NCBI GenBank assembly: GCA_963793305.1
Contig: CAWBZV010000005.1
Coordinates: 160,001-224,000 of the forward strand
DNA: 64,000 bases
From: an uncultured Gemmatimonadales bacterium
Lineage (GTDB): Bacteria; Gemmatimonadota; Gemmatimonadetes; Gemmatimonadales; Gemmatimonadaceae
Reading direction: 5' to 3'
Below are positions 1-10,103 of the stretch, one piece after another (position 1 is the first letter of the stretch; the number at the start of each line of letters is the position of its first letter). The translations under genes and the position numbers were made by a program. The notes beneath the pieces were generated by a model, which saw only the letters and a program-made list of their open reading frames with translations, was not told the DNA's origin and searched no databases.

Positions 1-615
1 ACGGTCGACGCCCTTCTCCCTCTCAGCCTTCTGGAAGCGGTTCGGAGCGTCGACGCACCGCAGGATGACCAGGAAACCGAGCTGGTGCCGGAGTTACGGA
101 ACAAGCGCCTGGGATTGAGCGAGACGGTCTACGCCCAGATCCGCCGCTATTCCGCCGCCGCCAAGAAGAAAGAGCGCACACCACACGACGAAGCCGTCGC
201 CCTGGCCCGCTTGATCGGACGCCGGTCCGATGCGGCCGAAGTCTTCGAATCGGCCGGCCGTATTCTGGCCCGCGAGTCGTTGGCCACCACCTCGCCGATG
301 ACGCAGCAGATCATCGTCGTGCTGCCGTCCATCCTCGGGCGGCCGCTGGCCCTCCGGCAGGCTCGCCGCATCGCGACGCGATTTCTGAACGGAACCATGA
401 CCCGCGTCGGGAGCGCGCTCGTGCTCGAGGTCCCCGTGTCCGTGACGCTCGACTCGGCGCCGAACGAGCGCGGATGTGCGTACTATGAGTCGGTCCTCCG
501 GGAGCTCGTGCGGCTGCTCGTGGGTGGCACCGGCGCCGTCGAGCATGTCCGCTGCACGAGCCGCGGTGAGGGCACGTGCGAATGGCGCGCCGAGTGGCGC
601 TCCGGCGGAGGGTAA
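1..615 (+). CDS. Hypothetical protein with V4R-like C-terminus, 5'-truncated by the window edge
   Basis: Frame is open from base 1 (TVDALLPLSLLEAV...); C-terminus GCAYYE...CTSRGEGTCEWR resembles V4R-domain Cys spacing. Confidence 0.6.
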   Translation, partial: TVDALLPLSLLEAVRSVDAPQDDQETELVPELRNKRLGLSETVYAQIRRYSAAAKKKERTPHDEAVALARLIGRRSDAAEVFESAGRILARESLATTSPMTQQIIVVLPSILGRPLALRQARRIATRFLNGTMTRVGSALVLEVPVSVTLDSAPNERGCAYYESVLRELVRLLVGGTGAVEHVRCTSRGEGTCEWRAEWRSGGG

Positions 616-619
616 GGCC

Positions 620-1785
620 ATTCTCTCCCGTGACAACCTCCCCGCGATCCAAGCCGCGCTCGCCGAAATGGGTCTCGACGGCTGGCTGTTGTTCGATTTC
701 CGTGGCACGAATCCGATCGCGGCTGCCATGCTCGGCCTCAAAGGCCTGGTCACACGCCGCTGCTTCGGCTTTATCCCGACCCGCGGCGTCCCGGTCGCGC
801 TGACACACGCCATCGAGCAACAACCGTGGGAGCGTTGGCCAGCCGAATGGGGCCGCGAGATCTACAGCGGTTGGCGGTCGCTCGAGGAGATGCTGGCGCG
901 CCACGTCCGCGGTCAGCGCGTGGCAATGGAGTATTCACCGGGCGACGCAGTCCCGTATCTCGATCGCATCCCGGCTGGCGTCATCGAGATGGTTCGCGCG
1001 GCTGGTGCGACCGTCTCAACGTCGGCCGACCTCGTGAGTCGATTCTACGCGCAGTGGACGCCGGCGCAGATCGCGTCACATCGGCGAGCGGCCGAGGCCA
1101 TCGCGGAGATCGCGCGCAATGCATTCTCACTGGCCGGCGCGCAAACGCTCACCGAGTTCGAGCTCGCGCAATGGATTCGCGACGCCTTCGCGCGGGGCGG
1201 CCTCGTGACGGATCACGGGCCGATTGTGGCGATCGGCAGCAACGCCGCGAACCCGCACTACGAGCCGACGGTTGCCCACTCCGCCGCGATCACTCCGGGG
1301 AGTGTCTTACTCATCGATCTATTCGCCCACGAACCGGACGGCGTCTGGGCCGATCAAACGTGGGTGGGCACGCTCGGCGCACCTGACACCCGGACGATCC
1401 AAATTTGGGAAGCGGTGCGCGACGCGCGCGATGCGGCGATAGCCCTGATTCGGTCGCGCCTGGTCGCCGGCCAGATCGTGCGCGGCATGGAGGCCGACGA
1501 TGCCGCTAGCGGGCCGTCATCACGCAGCGGGGATACGGCCCGAATTTCACGCACCGCACGGGCCATTCGATCGACGCCTACGAGCTCCACGGCTCGGGTC
1601 CGCACCTGGATCACCTGGAGAGCCGCGACGACCGGGCGCTCATTCCGGGCGTCGCATTCTCGATCGAACCGGGCATCTACGTACCACGCGAAATCGGCGT
1701 CCGCAGCGAGGTCAATGCCATCGTCTCGGACGCCGATCTCTTGGTCACGCCGGCCATGCCCCAGCGTGACTTGTTTGTCGTCTAG
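620..1785 (+). CDS. Xaa-Pro aminopeptidase, M24 family (apparent frameshift near 1508)
   Basis: ANPHYEP, LIDL and WADQT in the first frame; HRTGHSID, SIEPGIY and GVRSE in the second frame ending TAG at 1785; GGAGG lies 8 nt upstream of an ATT at 620. Confidence 0.85.
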
Positions 1786-2318
1786 AAAATTTCGCGCTGC
1801 TTGACTTCGTACGAGGCCGTCGCCGGGGAGCTGCGGAGACGGTGCGGGGGTATGGCGATCGCGACCAGGTGCGCCGACTTCGAAACCGTAATGGGCCCCG
1901 TATACACCGGCGAATCCCACTGGGGTTTGCTGCCGTCGAGCGTGTAATAGATCACCGCATCAGGCGCCGCATCGGAGATCGTGATCTTGATCGCGCCGTC
2001 GTACGAGCCCGACTGGAGCGAGAACGTGGGGGTCGGGGCCATACGCTCCGACTCATCCTCGATCTTCGTCCGCGGAATGCCGTGTGATTCCGCCGTGATG
2101 CCGCCACTGTTGTCCAGTGACCTCGCGTTCGCGGACATCTCGCTGAACGCCTGGCGCGGCGCGAAGACCCCGAATGGCGACTGCGCCTGATACAACGGCT
2201 GCATGCTCTGCAACTGCGAGTTGTAGGACTGCATCATGAGGCCGCAAAAACACTGGGCGTGAGCCGTCGAAACGCCGACGAGACCCAACGATAACACGAA
2301 CGCCGCGATCCGCTTCAC
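1782..2318 (-). CDS. Secreted protein with chitobiase/Fn3-associated C-terminal domain
   Basis: GTG start after GGAGG; signal peptide ending AHA-Q; motif IYYTLDGSKP...YTGPITV. Confidence 0.75.
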   Translation of the reverse strand: MKRIAAFVLSLGLVGVSTAHAQCFCGLMMQSYNSQLQSMQPLYQAQSPFGVFAPRQAFSEMSANARSLDNSGGITAESHGIPRTKIEDESERMAPTPTFSLQSGSYDGAIKITISDAAPDAVIYYTLDGSKPQWDSPVYTGPITVSKSAHLVAIAIPPHRLRSSPATASYEVKQREIF

Positions 2319-2442
2319 TTGGGACCTCCAGGGTTGATTGCAATCTAACACCGAAGCCCGCCATTGGTTGCACTGCCGGTGGCGTCGATAACCCGCCGGT
2401 TGCGCCGCGCCCGCTGTGGAGCCTGGCGGGTAGTCTCCCAGC

Positions 2443-3747
2443 ATGCGCTTGCGGCGGGCGACCTGCGGCGCGCTGGCGCTGTGGGCTGCCGTCGCGTCCG
2501 CTCAAACTACCTCGCGGCCGAACTTGAGAGCGGCCGTCTCGCCGACGTTGCGCGTCTTCCTGGATTGCACGGCCAGCGTCACCTGCGACTCGGCCTACGT
2601 CCGCACGGCGATCAACTACGTCTCCTACGTGCGCGACCCGTCGGTCGCCGATGTTCACGTTCTGTTAACAGCCGAGCCCACTGGATCTGGCGGTCAGGTT
2701 ACGACCGGCCAGTTCATCGGCCGCGCCGCGCTGGCCGGTCTCGTCGACACGATCGACATCGCGACCGCGCGCGGCGCCACCGATGATGAGCAGCGTCGCG
2801 CGATCGTGCGGCTCTTGAACCTCGGTCTCGTGCGATTCGCCGCTCGCACCGGGCTGGCCAACGACCTGTCCGTCTCCTTCAGCCCGACGACGAGCAGCGC
2901 GTCGACAATCCGTCGGCCGGACCCGTGGCACGCATGGGTCCTCGGCCTTGGGCTCGGCGGCTCGTTCGCGGGCCAAGCGTCCGGGGAAACCGCACAGCTC
3001 ACCGGCTCCTTCACCGCCGACCACATCACCAACGCCTGGCGCCTGGACTTCGCATTCACCGAGGCATACACCTCGAGCGTGATTCACGTCGACTCGGTGC
3101 GCGAGACGACCATCCAGCGGTACCTCCTCGGCACCGCCCAGATCGCGCGCAGCGTGACGCCGCACTGGTCCGCCGGCTTCGTCTCGTCCGCATCGTCCTC
3201 GACGTTCTTGAACGAGGAGCTGGCCGCCCATTTCGCGCCAGCCCTCGAATTCGACGTGTATCCCTACGCCGAAGCGACGCATCACCAACTCACGTTCCTG
3301 TACGCCGTTGGCGCCACGTATTTTCGGTTCGACCAGCGGACGATCTTCGATCGGATCACTGAAACGCGCGGCGATCAGACCCTCACGATGGCCCTGGCCG
3401 CCACCGAGCCGTGGGGTTCTCTCTCGGGTGCCTTCCAGGCGGCGGCCCTGCTCGATGATGTCCGCAAGAATCGCGAGATTCTCTCCGGAGACTTCCGCAT
3501 CCGCATCTTCACCGGCCTGAGCGTCGAGATCCAACCGAGCGTCTCGGCGATCCACGACCAGATCTACCTTCCGGCCGCGGGCGCCACGCGCGACGACATT
3601 CTCCTCGCCCGCCAACAACTCGCGACGGCGTATCAGTACCAGATGGCCATCGGCCTGACGTTCACATTCGGCAGCATCTTCAACGGGGTCGTGAACCCAC
3701 GGTTCAACCGGGCCATGACCGCGGGCACCTCGGGCTCGCCGTACTAA
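2443..3747 (+). CDS. Exported, probable outer-membrane beta-barrel protein
   Basis: Signal peptide ASA-Q, VFLDC N-terminal domain, amphipathic beta-strands, C-terminal FGSIFNGVVNPRF. Confidence 0.6.
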   Translation: MRLRRATCGALALWAAVASAQTTSRPNLRAAVSPTLRVFLDCTASVTCDSAYVRTAINYVSYVRDPSVADVHVLLTAEPTGSGGQVTTGQFIGRAALAGLVDTIDIATARGATDDEQRRAIVRLLNLGLVRFAARTGLANDLSVSFSPTTSSASTIRRPDPWHAWVLGLGLGGSFAGQASGETAQLTGSFTADHITNAWRLDFAFTEAYTSSVIHVDSVRETTIQRYLLGTAQIARSVTPHWSAGFVSSASSSTFLNEELAAHFAPALEFDVYPYAEATHHQLTFLYAVGATYFRFDQRTIFDRITETRGDQTLTMALAATEPWGSLSGAFQAAALLDDVRKNREILSGDFRIRIFTGLSVEIQPSVSAIHDQIYLPAAGATRDDILLARQQLATAYQYQMAIGLTFTFGSIFNGVVNPRFNRAMTAGTSGSPY

Positions 3748-4562
3748 CGCAATCGCCTCAAGTATCGCTCGGGCGCCGCGAGAAACTCGCGCGTGAGCCG
3801 GACGCCGGGCAGATCGTCATATGCCATTGGCGTAATCGTGCCACCGTCGAAGGCCAGTATCGCCGCATCAGGAAACGCGAGCAGCATCGGCGAATGCGTC
3901 GCGATGATGAACTGGCCGTCGTCGCGGACCATGTCGAACAGATGCGCCAGGAGCGCGAGCTGGCTCTGCGGCGAGAGCGCGGCCTCGGGCTCGTCGATGA
4001 GATAGAGTCCGCCCTTTCGGAACCTCCCGGCGAAGAACGCGAGAAAACCCTCGCCATGCGAGCGCGCGTCGAGGTCGCCGCCGTACTGCTCCTCGAGCGC
4101 GCGGGCCGAGTGCCGGGTCGGACCCGTCGCCAGCGTCCGCGCCCAGTCGGACCGACCCTCGGCGCGGTACTGCGCATCCACCTCGGCCGACTCCCGCCGC
4201 ATTGCCTCGCGCAATTGCGCGGTATGCCTCGCGAATCCAAAGAAATCCTCGGCCCGCAGGAACCACCCGCTCGCTGTGCGATGCGCCCAGCCAAGGTCGA
4301 GCTGCTTGCCGAGCACGCGTTGGCGCTCGAGCGTCGGGTCGCGCTCGACCGACTCGCTCCCGGCCGTCACCGATCGCGTCGCGGCCGCGATGGCTTCAAG
4401 CACCGTCGACTTGCCGGATCCGTTCTCGCCAACGAAGAACGTCACCGCCTTCGTGAACGCGATCTCCGTCATGGAGCGGACCACATTGACCGAGAACGGA
4501 AACGCGTCCGGACGTTCGTCGTCGGGCACCCCCCGATAGCGCACCGATGCCAGATGGATCAT
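3744..4562 (-). CDS. ABC/AAA-type ATPase (COG3910-like)
   Basis: Walker A GENGSGKS, SHGEGF, LIDEPEAALSP, IIATHSP. Confidence 0.85.
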   Translation of the reverse strand: MIHLASVRYRGVPDDERPDAFPFSVNVVRSMTEIAFTKAVTFFVGENGSGKSTVLEAIAAATRSVTAGSESVERDPTLERQRVLGKQLDLGWAHRTASGWFLRAEDFFGFARHTAQLREAMRRESAEVDAQYRAEGRSDWARTLATGPTRHSARALEEQYGGDLDARSHGEGFLAFFAGRFRKGGLYLIDEPEAALSPQSQLALLAHLFDMVRDDGQFIIATHSPMLLAFPDAAILAFDGGTITPMAYDDLPGVRLTREFLAAPERYLRRLR

Positions 4563-4583
4563 CGCCACCGTAATGGTATAACC

Positions 4584-4677
4584 GGGGGGTCCGGGGGGCG
4601 TAGTTGGGGTTGCCCCCCGGAGGCGAACCGACCAGTCGAGCAGCGCGTAGCGCTGCATCGACGAGCCGCGGAGCGGC
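4584..4677 (-). repeat. 94-bp dispersed REP/MITE-like element, copy 1
   Basis: Reverse complement matches 31161-31254 at 92/94 positions; internal hairpins CCGGGGGGC/GCCCCCCGG and GCAGCGC-GTA-GCGCTGC. Confidence 0.9.
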
Positions 4678-5607
4678 TCATCGCCGCCACATCTTGGGAT
4701 CTTCGAGGCCGAGGCGCCAGAGCGCGAGCGTCTTGGGCCCGAGCGCGCGGACCCGTCGCGCGAGCGTGTCCAGCGTGACGGCGTCGCAAAACCACACTTG
4801 CGACGAATCGGGCAAGGTCGCGTGCAGATTGAGCGATGCGCTGTCTCTGACCAAGGCCGTCCGCGAGGCCTCGTTGAATCCTACGACGGCCGCCGGCCCG
4901 TGCGCGGGCCATCGGTATCCGTACACGGGCAGCGCAACGACGACCCGGCTCGCCGATCCCGCCTGAGCGAGCCGGCGCTTCACGAGGTCCGTCACCCAAT
5001 CAGGGGACGCAATGGGACCCGGCGGTGCGGTCTGCCAGTGCTGATCGTACGCCATGATCATGACCTTATCGGTCACGTCGAGGAGCCGTCGCACGGGATA
5101 CGTCGCCGAGTCGTACCCGACAATCGTGACGCTGACCGGAGCCACGTGCCGCGCGTGCGCCGCCAGCGTGAGTGCCCGGACGGCGCTCAGGTAGGCGGCC
5201 GTATCCGCGGGCTTGAGGTCCTCAAAGTCGATGACGAGCCCGCGATAGTGCCCGTGGGCGAGTATCCGGCCAACCGAATCGGCGGCACGAGTGGGATCAG
5301 CCCCGAGGCGGCGCACGGCGTCGGGATGAAACTGCCCTCCGGACGCATTCGTGATCATCGCGAAGCTCGGCGCGGGCGACTCCGGCGTCTCGTCGGGATA
5401 GAGCAGCGCGGGCATGCCATTGCCGGAGTCGAGCCCGATCCAGGCGGCGATGACGGCGCCGAGCGCTGCGCCGTCGTGCTCGACGGTCGCATCGCTCCGC
5501 TCGTCCCAGGGCGCCGTAAACCCCCAATAGCGCGGGGGGGACGACTGGGCGGCCGTTACAGCAACGACCATGAAGACCCCTCTCCGTGCCCACCGCTGGA
5601 TCGTCAT
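4678..5607 (-). CDS. GH18-family glycoside hydrolase-like protein
   Basis: GLVIDFE catalytic-type motif, IMAYDQHW...PGPIAS, LPVYGYRW, WRLGLED; start uncertain. Confidence 0.75.
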   Translation of the reverse strand: MTIQRWARRGVFMVVAVTAAQSSPPRYWGFTAPWDERSDATVEHDGAALGAVIAAWIGLDSGNGMPALLYPDETPESPAPSFAMITNASGGQFHPDAVRRLGADPTRAADSVGRILAHGHYRGLVIDFEDLKPADTAAYLSAVRALTLAAHARHVAPVSVTIVGYDSATYPVRRLLDVTDKVMIMAYDQHWQTAPPGPIASPDWVTDLVKRRLAQAGSASRVVVALPVYGYRWPAHGPAAVVGFNEASRTALVRDSASLNLHATLPDSSQVWFCDAVTLDTLARRVRALGPKTLALWRLGLEDPKMWRR

Positions 5608-5699
5608 ATTGGTCGGATTGTCTGGAACGCTGATCCCTTCGGGATCACCCTTCCAGGCGAGCTGGCCCTGCGTCACTTCGTTCCTCCGTGCCACGTTGC

Positions 5700-6485
5700 A
5701 TGCGGCGTCTACCACTGCTCCTTATCCTCATGGCTGCGTGCTCGACGCCCGCGTCGAGCCCGGACGCTCCATCCCGGCCGTTCCATCACCGGGGCGACGC
5801 GCCGGTAATCACGCCACTGGCGACCACATATAAGATCGCTCCGCTCCCGGCATTCGGCCGGATCGCCGGCTCCGTGACATTCTCCGGCTCGGCCCCGCAG
5901 GATTCTATTACGCACGTGACCACGGATGCCGACGTTTGCGGCGCGACGCTGGTCGATGTATCGATCCGCACGCGCGGCCCGCGTCTCGCCGGCGCGATCG
6001 TCTGGCTCACCGGCATCACCGCCGGCAAGCCGATGCCGTACGCGAAGCGATTCGATCTCATGACCCAAGGGTGCCGCCTCATTCCTCGCGTGCAAACCGC
6101 GGTCGTGGGTGGCACCGTCAACGTCCGCAATGCCGACGCGACCACGCACCGCACCCGTTTCACGCGCGACGGCGAGGAGATCGTGACGGTGCCGGAGACC
6201 GAAGATGGACAGATCGTTCCGGCCGAGTCGGTGCTGACAACCGCGGGGCTGATCGAGGTCACGTGCGTAGTCCATCCGTGGACCCACGGCTGGATCGCCG
6301 CCTTTGACCAGCCGTACTTCACGACGACGAACGAGGACGGCCAGTTCACGATCGATTCGATCCCACCGGGTCGTTACCGGCTCACCACGTGGCACGAGCG
6401 GTTCGGGCTGGTGACCGATAGCGTGACGGTCAGCAAAGGCGTCACAACCTCGATCATGACGACGTTCCGGCGAGCTCGTCCCTGA
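5700..6485 (+). CDS. Lipoprotein with cupredoxin-like and carboxypeptidase-regulatory-like domains
   Basis: Lipobox MAA-C; CVVHPW motif; GQFTIDSIPPGRYRLTTWHE. Confidence 0.7.
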   Translation: MRRLPLLLILMAACSTPASSPDAPSRPFHHRGDAPVITPLATTYKIAPLPAFGRIAGSVTFSGSAPQDSITHVTTDADVCGATLVDVSIRTRGPRLAGAIVWLTGITAGKPMPYAKRFDLMTQGCRLIPRVQTAVVGGTVNVRNADATTHRTRFTRDGEEIVTVPETEDGQIVPAESVLTTAGLIEVTCVVHPWTHGWIAAFDQPYFTTTNEDGQFTIDSIPPGRYRLTTWHERFGLVTDSVTVSKGVTTSIMTTFRRARP

Positions 6486-8232
6486 ACTGCCCGCGGTAAA
6501 GGCGCGCGTAGGTACCATCGCGCGCCAATAGCGCATCGTGCGTGCCTTCCTCCACGATGCGCCCTCGATCCAGCACGACGACGCGATCCGCGCGCCGGAC
6601 CGTGCTGAGCCGGTGGGCGATGATCAAGGTCGATCGCCGGACGAGGAGCTCTTCCATGGCCTCTTCGACCAAGCGCTCGCTCTCGCTATCGAGGCTCGAC
6701 GTTGCCTCGTCGAGCACGACGACCGCGGGATCCTTCAAGAACACGCGCGCGATCGCGATGCGCTGCCGCTGCCCGCCGGACAACTTGACGCCGCGCTCTC
6801 CGACGCGCGTATCGAGGCCGTCGCTCAGGCGCTCGATGAACTCCCACGCGTGCGCCGCGCGGGCCGCCGCCACGATTAAGTCGTCCGTCGCATCGGCGCT
6901 CGCGTAGGCGATATTCTCCCGAATCGTGCCGCTGAACAACACCGGTTCCTGCGGCACGATGCCGATGGACCCTCGCAGATCGCCGAACGCGAGCGCTCTC
7001 ACGTCATGTCCGTCGAGCGTGATGCGCCCTCGCGTGACATCCCAGAATCTCGGCAGCAGCGACGCCACGGTCGTCTTGCCCGCTCCCGACGGACCCACCA
7101 ACGCGACGACCTCTCCCGGTGCGATGCCGAGCGTGAGCTCATGCAGAACCTCGGGTAGCTCATGCGTGTACCGGAACGAGACATCCTCGAACCGGACCTC
7201 GCCCCGCACGGGCCGCACGAGTGGCTCGGGCGTCACCGGCTCGGCCACCGTCGGCGCGGTCGCCAACAGCTCGAACACCCGCGTGGCCGCCCCGATCGCC
7301 TCCTGATACTGCCCGAACATCGACACGAGTGTCGCGATGGCCGACGCCACCATGAACGCATACAGGAGGAACTGGACGAGCCCGCCCGAGGTGAGCGCGC
7401 CGGTCAACACGAGTCGCCCACCTTGCCACAGGACCGCGACCACGCCACCGAACGCGACGAATCCCACGATGCCAAAGAACAGCGCCCGCAGCAACGCGCG
7501 CCGGATCGCCGCGCGAACGACATCATCGAGGAGTGCTCGATACTGGCGCGCCTCGTATCGCTCGCGGACAAATCCCTGGACGGTGCGGATCTGCGAGAAC
7601 GCCTCCTCGGCATGACCGGTGGCATTCGCGACCAGATCTTGCACGCCCGTACTCGCCTTTCTCAGCGCACGGCCAAAGATCATGGCCGCGCCGATGACAA
7701 CCGGCGTGACCGCCAGCGTCGTCAGGGTGAGCGTCGGGTGCGTGCTGGTGAGCAGAAACAGGCCGCCGATCAAGAACACGATCTGTCGCGCCATCTCCGA
7801 GATATTCGTATTTAACAGCGTCTGCAGGATCGCGAGGTCGGCCGAGAGTCGGCTCGTGAGCTCGCCGGTGCGCCGTTCCGTGAAGAACGCCGGCGACAGC
7901 TGCACGACATGCGCGAATAAATCTTCCCGCAGTTGCGCGATCACTCGCTCGGCCGTGCCGGTCAAGAGATAGACCTGCGCGAAATTCATGAGCCCTTGGA
8001 ACGCAAACAGCGCCAGCAGCACCAGCGCGACGCGATTGAGCATGCCGCCGTCGTGATGCTCGAACGCCGCGTCGAGCAGAATCCGCACTTGTTGCGGGAA
8101 TACCAGCTGCACGGCGGCCGCTGCCAGGAGGCAGATCGTCGCGACGGCAAGTCGGCCAACGTACGGCCTGAGGAGCGGGATCAGCCGCCTCAGCTCGGCA
8201 GAGCCGAGCGTTGTCCAACCGACTCGCTTCAT
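6454..8232 (-). CDS. ABC exporter, fused permease/ATPase (MsbA-like)
   Basis: N-terminal TM helices, GPSGAGKT, LSGGQRQR, LDEATS, IAHRLST. Confidence 0.92.
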   Translation of the reverse strand: MKRVGWTTLGSAELRRLIPLLRPYVGRLAVATICLLAAAAVQLVFPQQVRILLDAAFEHHDGGMLNRVALVLLALFAFQGLMNFAQVYLLTGTAERVIAQLREDLFAHVVQLSPAFFTERRTGELTSRLSADLAILQTLLNTNISEMARQIVFLIGGLFLLTSTHPTLTLTTLAVTPVVIGAAMIFGRALRKASTGVQDLVANATGHAEEAFSQIRTVQGFVRERYEARQYRALLDDVVRAAIRRALLRALFFGIVGFVAFGGVVAVLWQGGRLVLTGALTSGGLVQFLLYAFMVASAIATLVSMFGQYQEAIGAATRVFELLATAPTVAEPVTPEPLVRPVRGEVRFEDVSFRYTHELPEVLHELTLGIAPGEVVALVGPSGAGKTTVASLLPRFWDVTRGRITLDGHDVRALAFGDLRGSIGIVPQEPVLFSGTIRENIAYASADATDDLIVAAARAAHAWEFIERLSDGLDTRVGERGVKLSGGQRQRIAIARVFLKDPAVVVLDEATSSLDSESERLVEEAMEELLVRRSTLIIAHRLSTVRRADRVVVLDRGRIVEEGTHDALLARDGTYARLYRGQFRDELAGTSS

Positions 8233-8301
8233 GCGACGCAGTTTGTCGCCATGAAGCGCCGCAGCCGAGCGTAGCGAGGCTGTGGCTCCGGCGACTTGCT
8301 C

Positions 8302-9186
8302 TTAGACCCGACGGTCAACGACCATCGCCAGGAAGAGAAGGGCGAGATACAACAGCGAATACTTGTACACCGACCACGCGGCCTTCGTGGCGGCAGTGGG
8401 TCGACGAACGGCCAGCACACCGATCAGGAGGACGGCCCACAGAGCGACGGCCGCGACCAGGTACACGAGGCCGAACGCCCCGAACGCGACCGGCAGCACG
8501 GTGACCGCGCCGAGCACGATCGTGTACCACAGCATTTGGGATTTGGTCTCGCTCTCACCCCACACGAGCGGCGCCATTGGCACACCGGCGCGCTCGTAAT
8601 CGCGTTGCTTGATGAGCGCGAGCGCCCAGAAATGCGGCGGCGTCCAGTAGAAGATGATGAGAAACAAGTACAGCGCGGCCAAGTCGACCCGGCCCGTGAC
8701 CGCGGCCCATCCCACGAGCGGCGGGAACGCGCCCGCGGCGCCGCCGATCACGATGTTCTGTGGCGTCCGGCGCTTGAGCCATCGCGTGTACACGAACACG
8801 TAGAAGTAGAACCCCGCCAGCGCGAGCGCGGCCGTCAGCACATTCACGAAATGCGCCAGCAGACCCGTGGCGGCGGTCGCCAGCGCCACGCCGAACGCAA
8901 GTACGGCCGTCGCCGCCATCCGACCGCTCGGGATCGGCCGCAGCCGCGTCCGGGCCATGAGGTCGTCGATGTCGCGGTCGAGATACATGTTGACCGCGTT
9001 CGCGCCGCCGGCCATGAGATACCCGCCGAGGCTCACGATGAGCACGAGAGTCCAGCTCGGTCGTCCCGCCACGAACATGGGCGCGATAGTCGTGACCAGC
9101 AGCAGCGAGATAATGCGCGGCTTGGTCAGCGCGACGAGGTCGCTGACCATGGATCGTGTGTCGGTAGTCGCCCGGACGTGCGTCAT
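8302..9186 (-). CDS. ctaB: Protoheme IX farnesyltransferase (heme O synthase)
   Basis: LTKPRI, DRDIDDLMARTRLRPIP, NIVIGG, WTPPHFWAL; ATGA overlap with ctaA. Confidence 0.93.
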   Translation of the reverse strand: MTHVRATTDTRSMVSDLVALTKPRIISLLLVTTIAPMFVAGRPSWTLVLIVSLGGYLMAGGANAVNMYLDRDIDDLMARTRLRPIPSGRMAATAVLAFGVALATAATGLLAHFVNVLTAALALAGFYFYVFVYTRWLKRRTPQNIVIGGAAGAFPPLVGWAAVTGRVDLAALYLFLIIFYWTPPHFWALALIKQRDYERAGVPMAPLVWGESETKSQMLWYTIVLGAVTVLPVAFGAFGLVYLVAAVALWAVLLIGVLAVRRPTAATKAAWSVYKYSLLYLALLFLAMVVDRRV

Positions 9187-10103
9187 GATGCGAGCGCCGG
9201 TTGCGTGTCGACGCGAACCGTCTCCGCTCGTGCTGCCGCCACACCGCGCCCGGCGAGCGCCGCCGCGGTCACGGCCGTCACCCATACGAGCGTTCCCACC
9301 GCCTGGTGCAGCGACTGCAACGGCGCCGGCAAATGCAGCTCCACCATCGTCGCGGCAACGATGACTTGCAGCACGACCACATAGAACACCCACCGGGTCG
9401 CCAGCACGATCACGCGCCCCTCGCGACGTCGCCTGGTCATCAACGCGACCGAGAACAGGTGGCCGAACAGCAGCAACGCGAGGATTCTATGTGTGACGTG
9501 CAGCGCCAAAGGGAGCCCGCCGAGGAGCACTGAGCGGCACGCGGGAAACCCCTGACATGAGGGCGCGGCACCGGGAACGTTGGCGACCAGCGCCCCGAAG
9601 ACCACGACAACAAACGCGAGTCCGGCGGCAGCGCGAGATGACCGAAACGTGCGCCCCAATGCATCGCCAGGCTGCACATCCCGCGCGCCGAGATTGCCGA
9701 GTCTCACATTGGCGATGACGAGCGTGGCGAGCAGAAACATCGCCAGCGCATAGTGCACCGCGATCAAATACGGATTCGCTAGTGACAGCGCCACGATGCC
9801 CGCGCCGAGCAGCGCGGCCACAACAGTCGTGCCCAGCGCCAAGATGGCGGGTCCACGGATCGCCGAACGCTCACGCGCAGCAAGGATGACCAAGGCGACG
9901 AGCGTTGTCACGAGCGTCGCGGCCAGCAGCCGATGCGAGAACTCGATGATCGTCGCTGTGCTGCCCAGCGTCGGCAAAACCTGACTGTTGCAATCCGGCC
10001 AGTGCTCGCCGCACCCCATGCCGGATCCCGTGATCCGCACGATGGCGCCGAGCACCGTATGGGCGTAGGCCACGACCAAGGCAAACAAAGAAAGCTGGCG
10101 CAT
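9183..10103 (-). CDS. ctaA: Heme A synthase (COX15/CtaA)
   Basis: GSGMGCGEHWPDC, EFSHR, HRILA, SLHQ; adjacent to ctaB. Confidence 0.88.
   Translation of the reverse strand: MRQLSLFALVVAYAHTVLGAIVRITGSGMGCGEHWPDCNSQVLPTLGSTATIIEFSHRLLAATLVTTLVALVILAARERSAIRGPAILALGTTVVAALLGAGIVALSLANPYLIAVHYALAMFLLATLVIANVRLGNLGARDVQPGDALGRTFRSSRAAAGLAFVVVVFGALVANVPGAAPSCQGFPACRSVLLGGLPLALHVTHRILALLLFGHLFSVALMTRRRREGRVIVLATRWVFYVVVLQVIVAATMVELHLPAPLQSLHQAVGTLVWVTAVTAAALAGRGVAAARAETVRVDTQPALAS

Noticed and set aside
3744..4562. ATPase as part of an anti-phage defence system
   Set aside because: Typical stand-alone COG3910-like protein with no nuclease or effector neighbour
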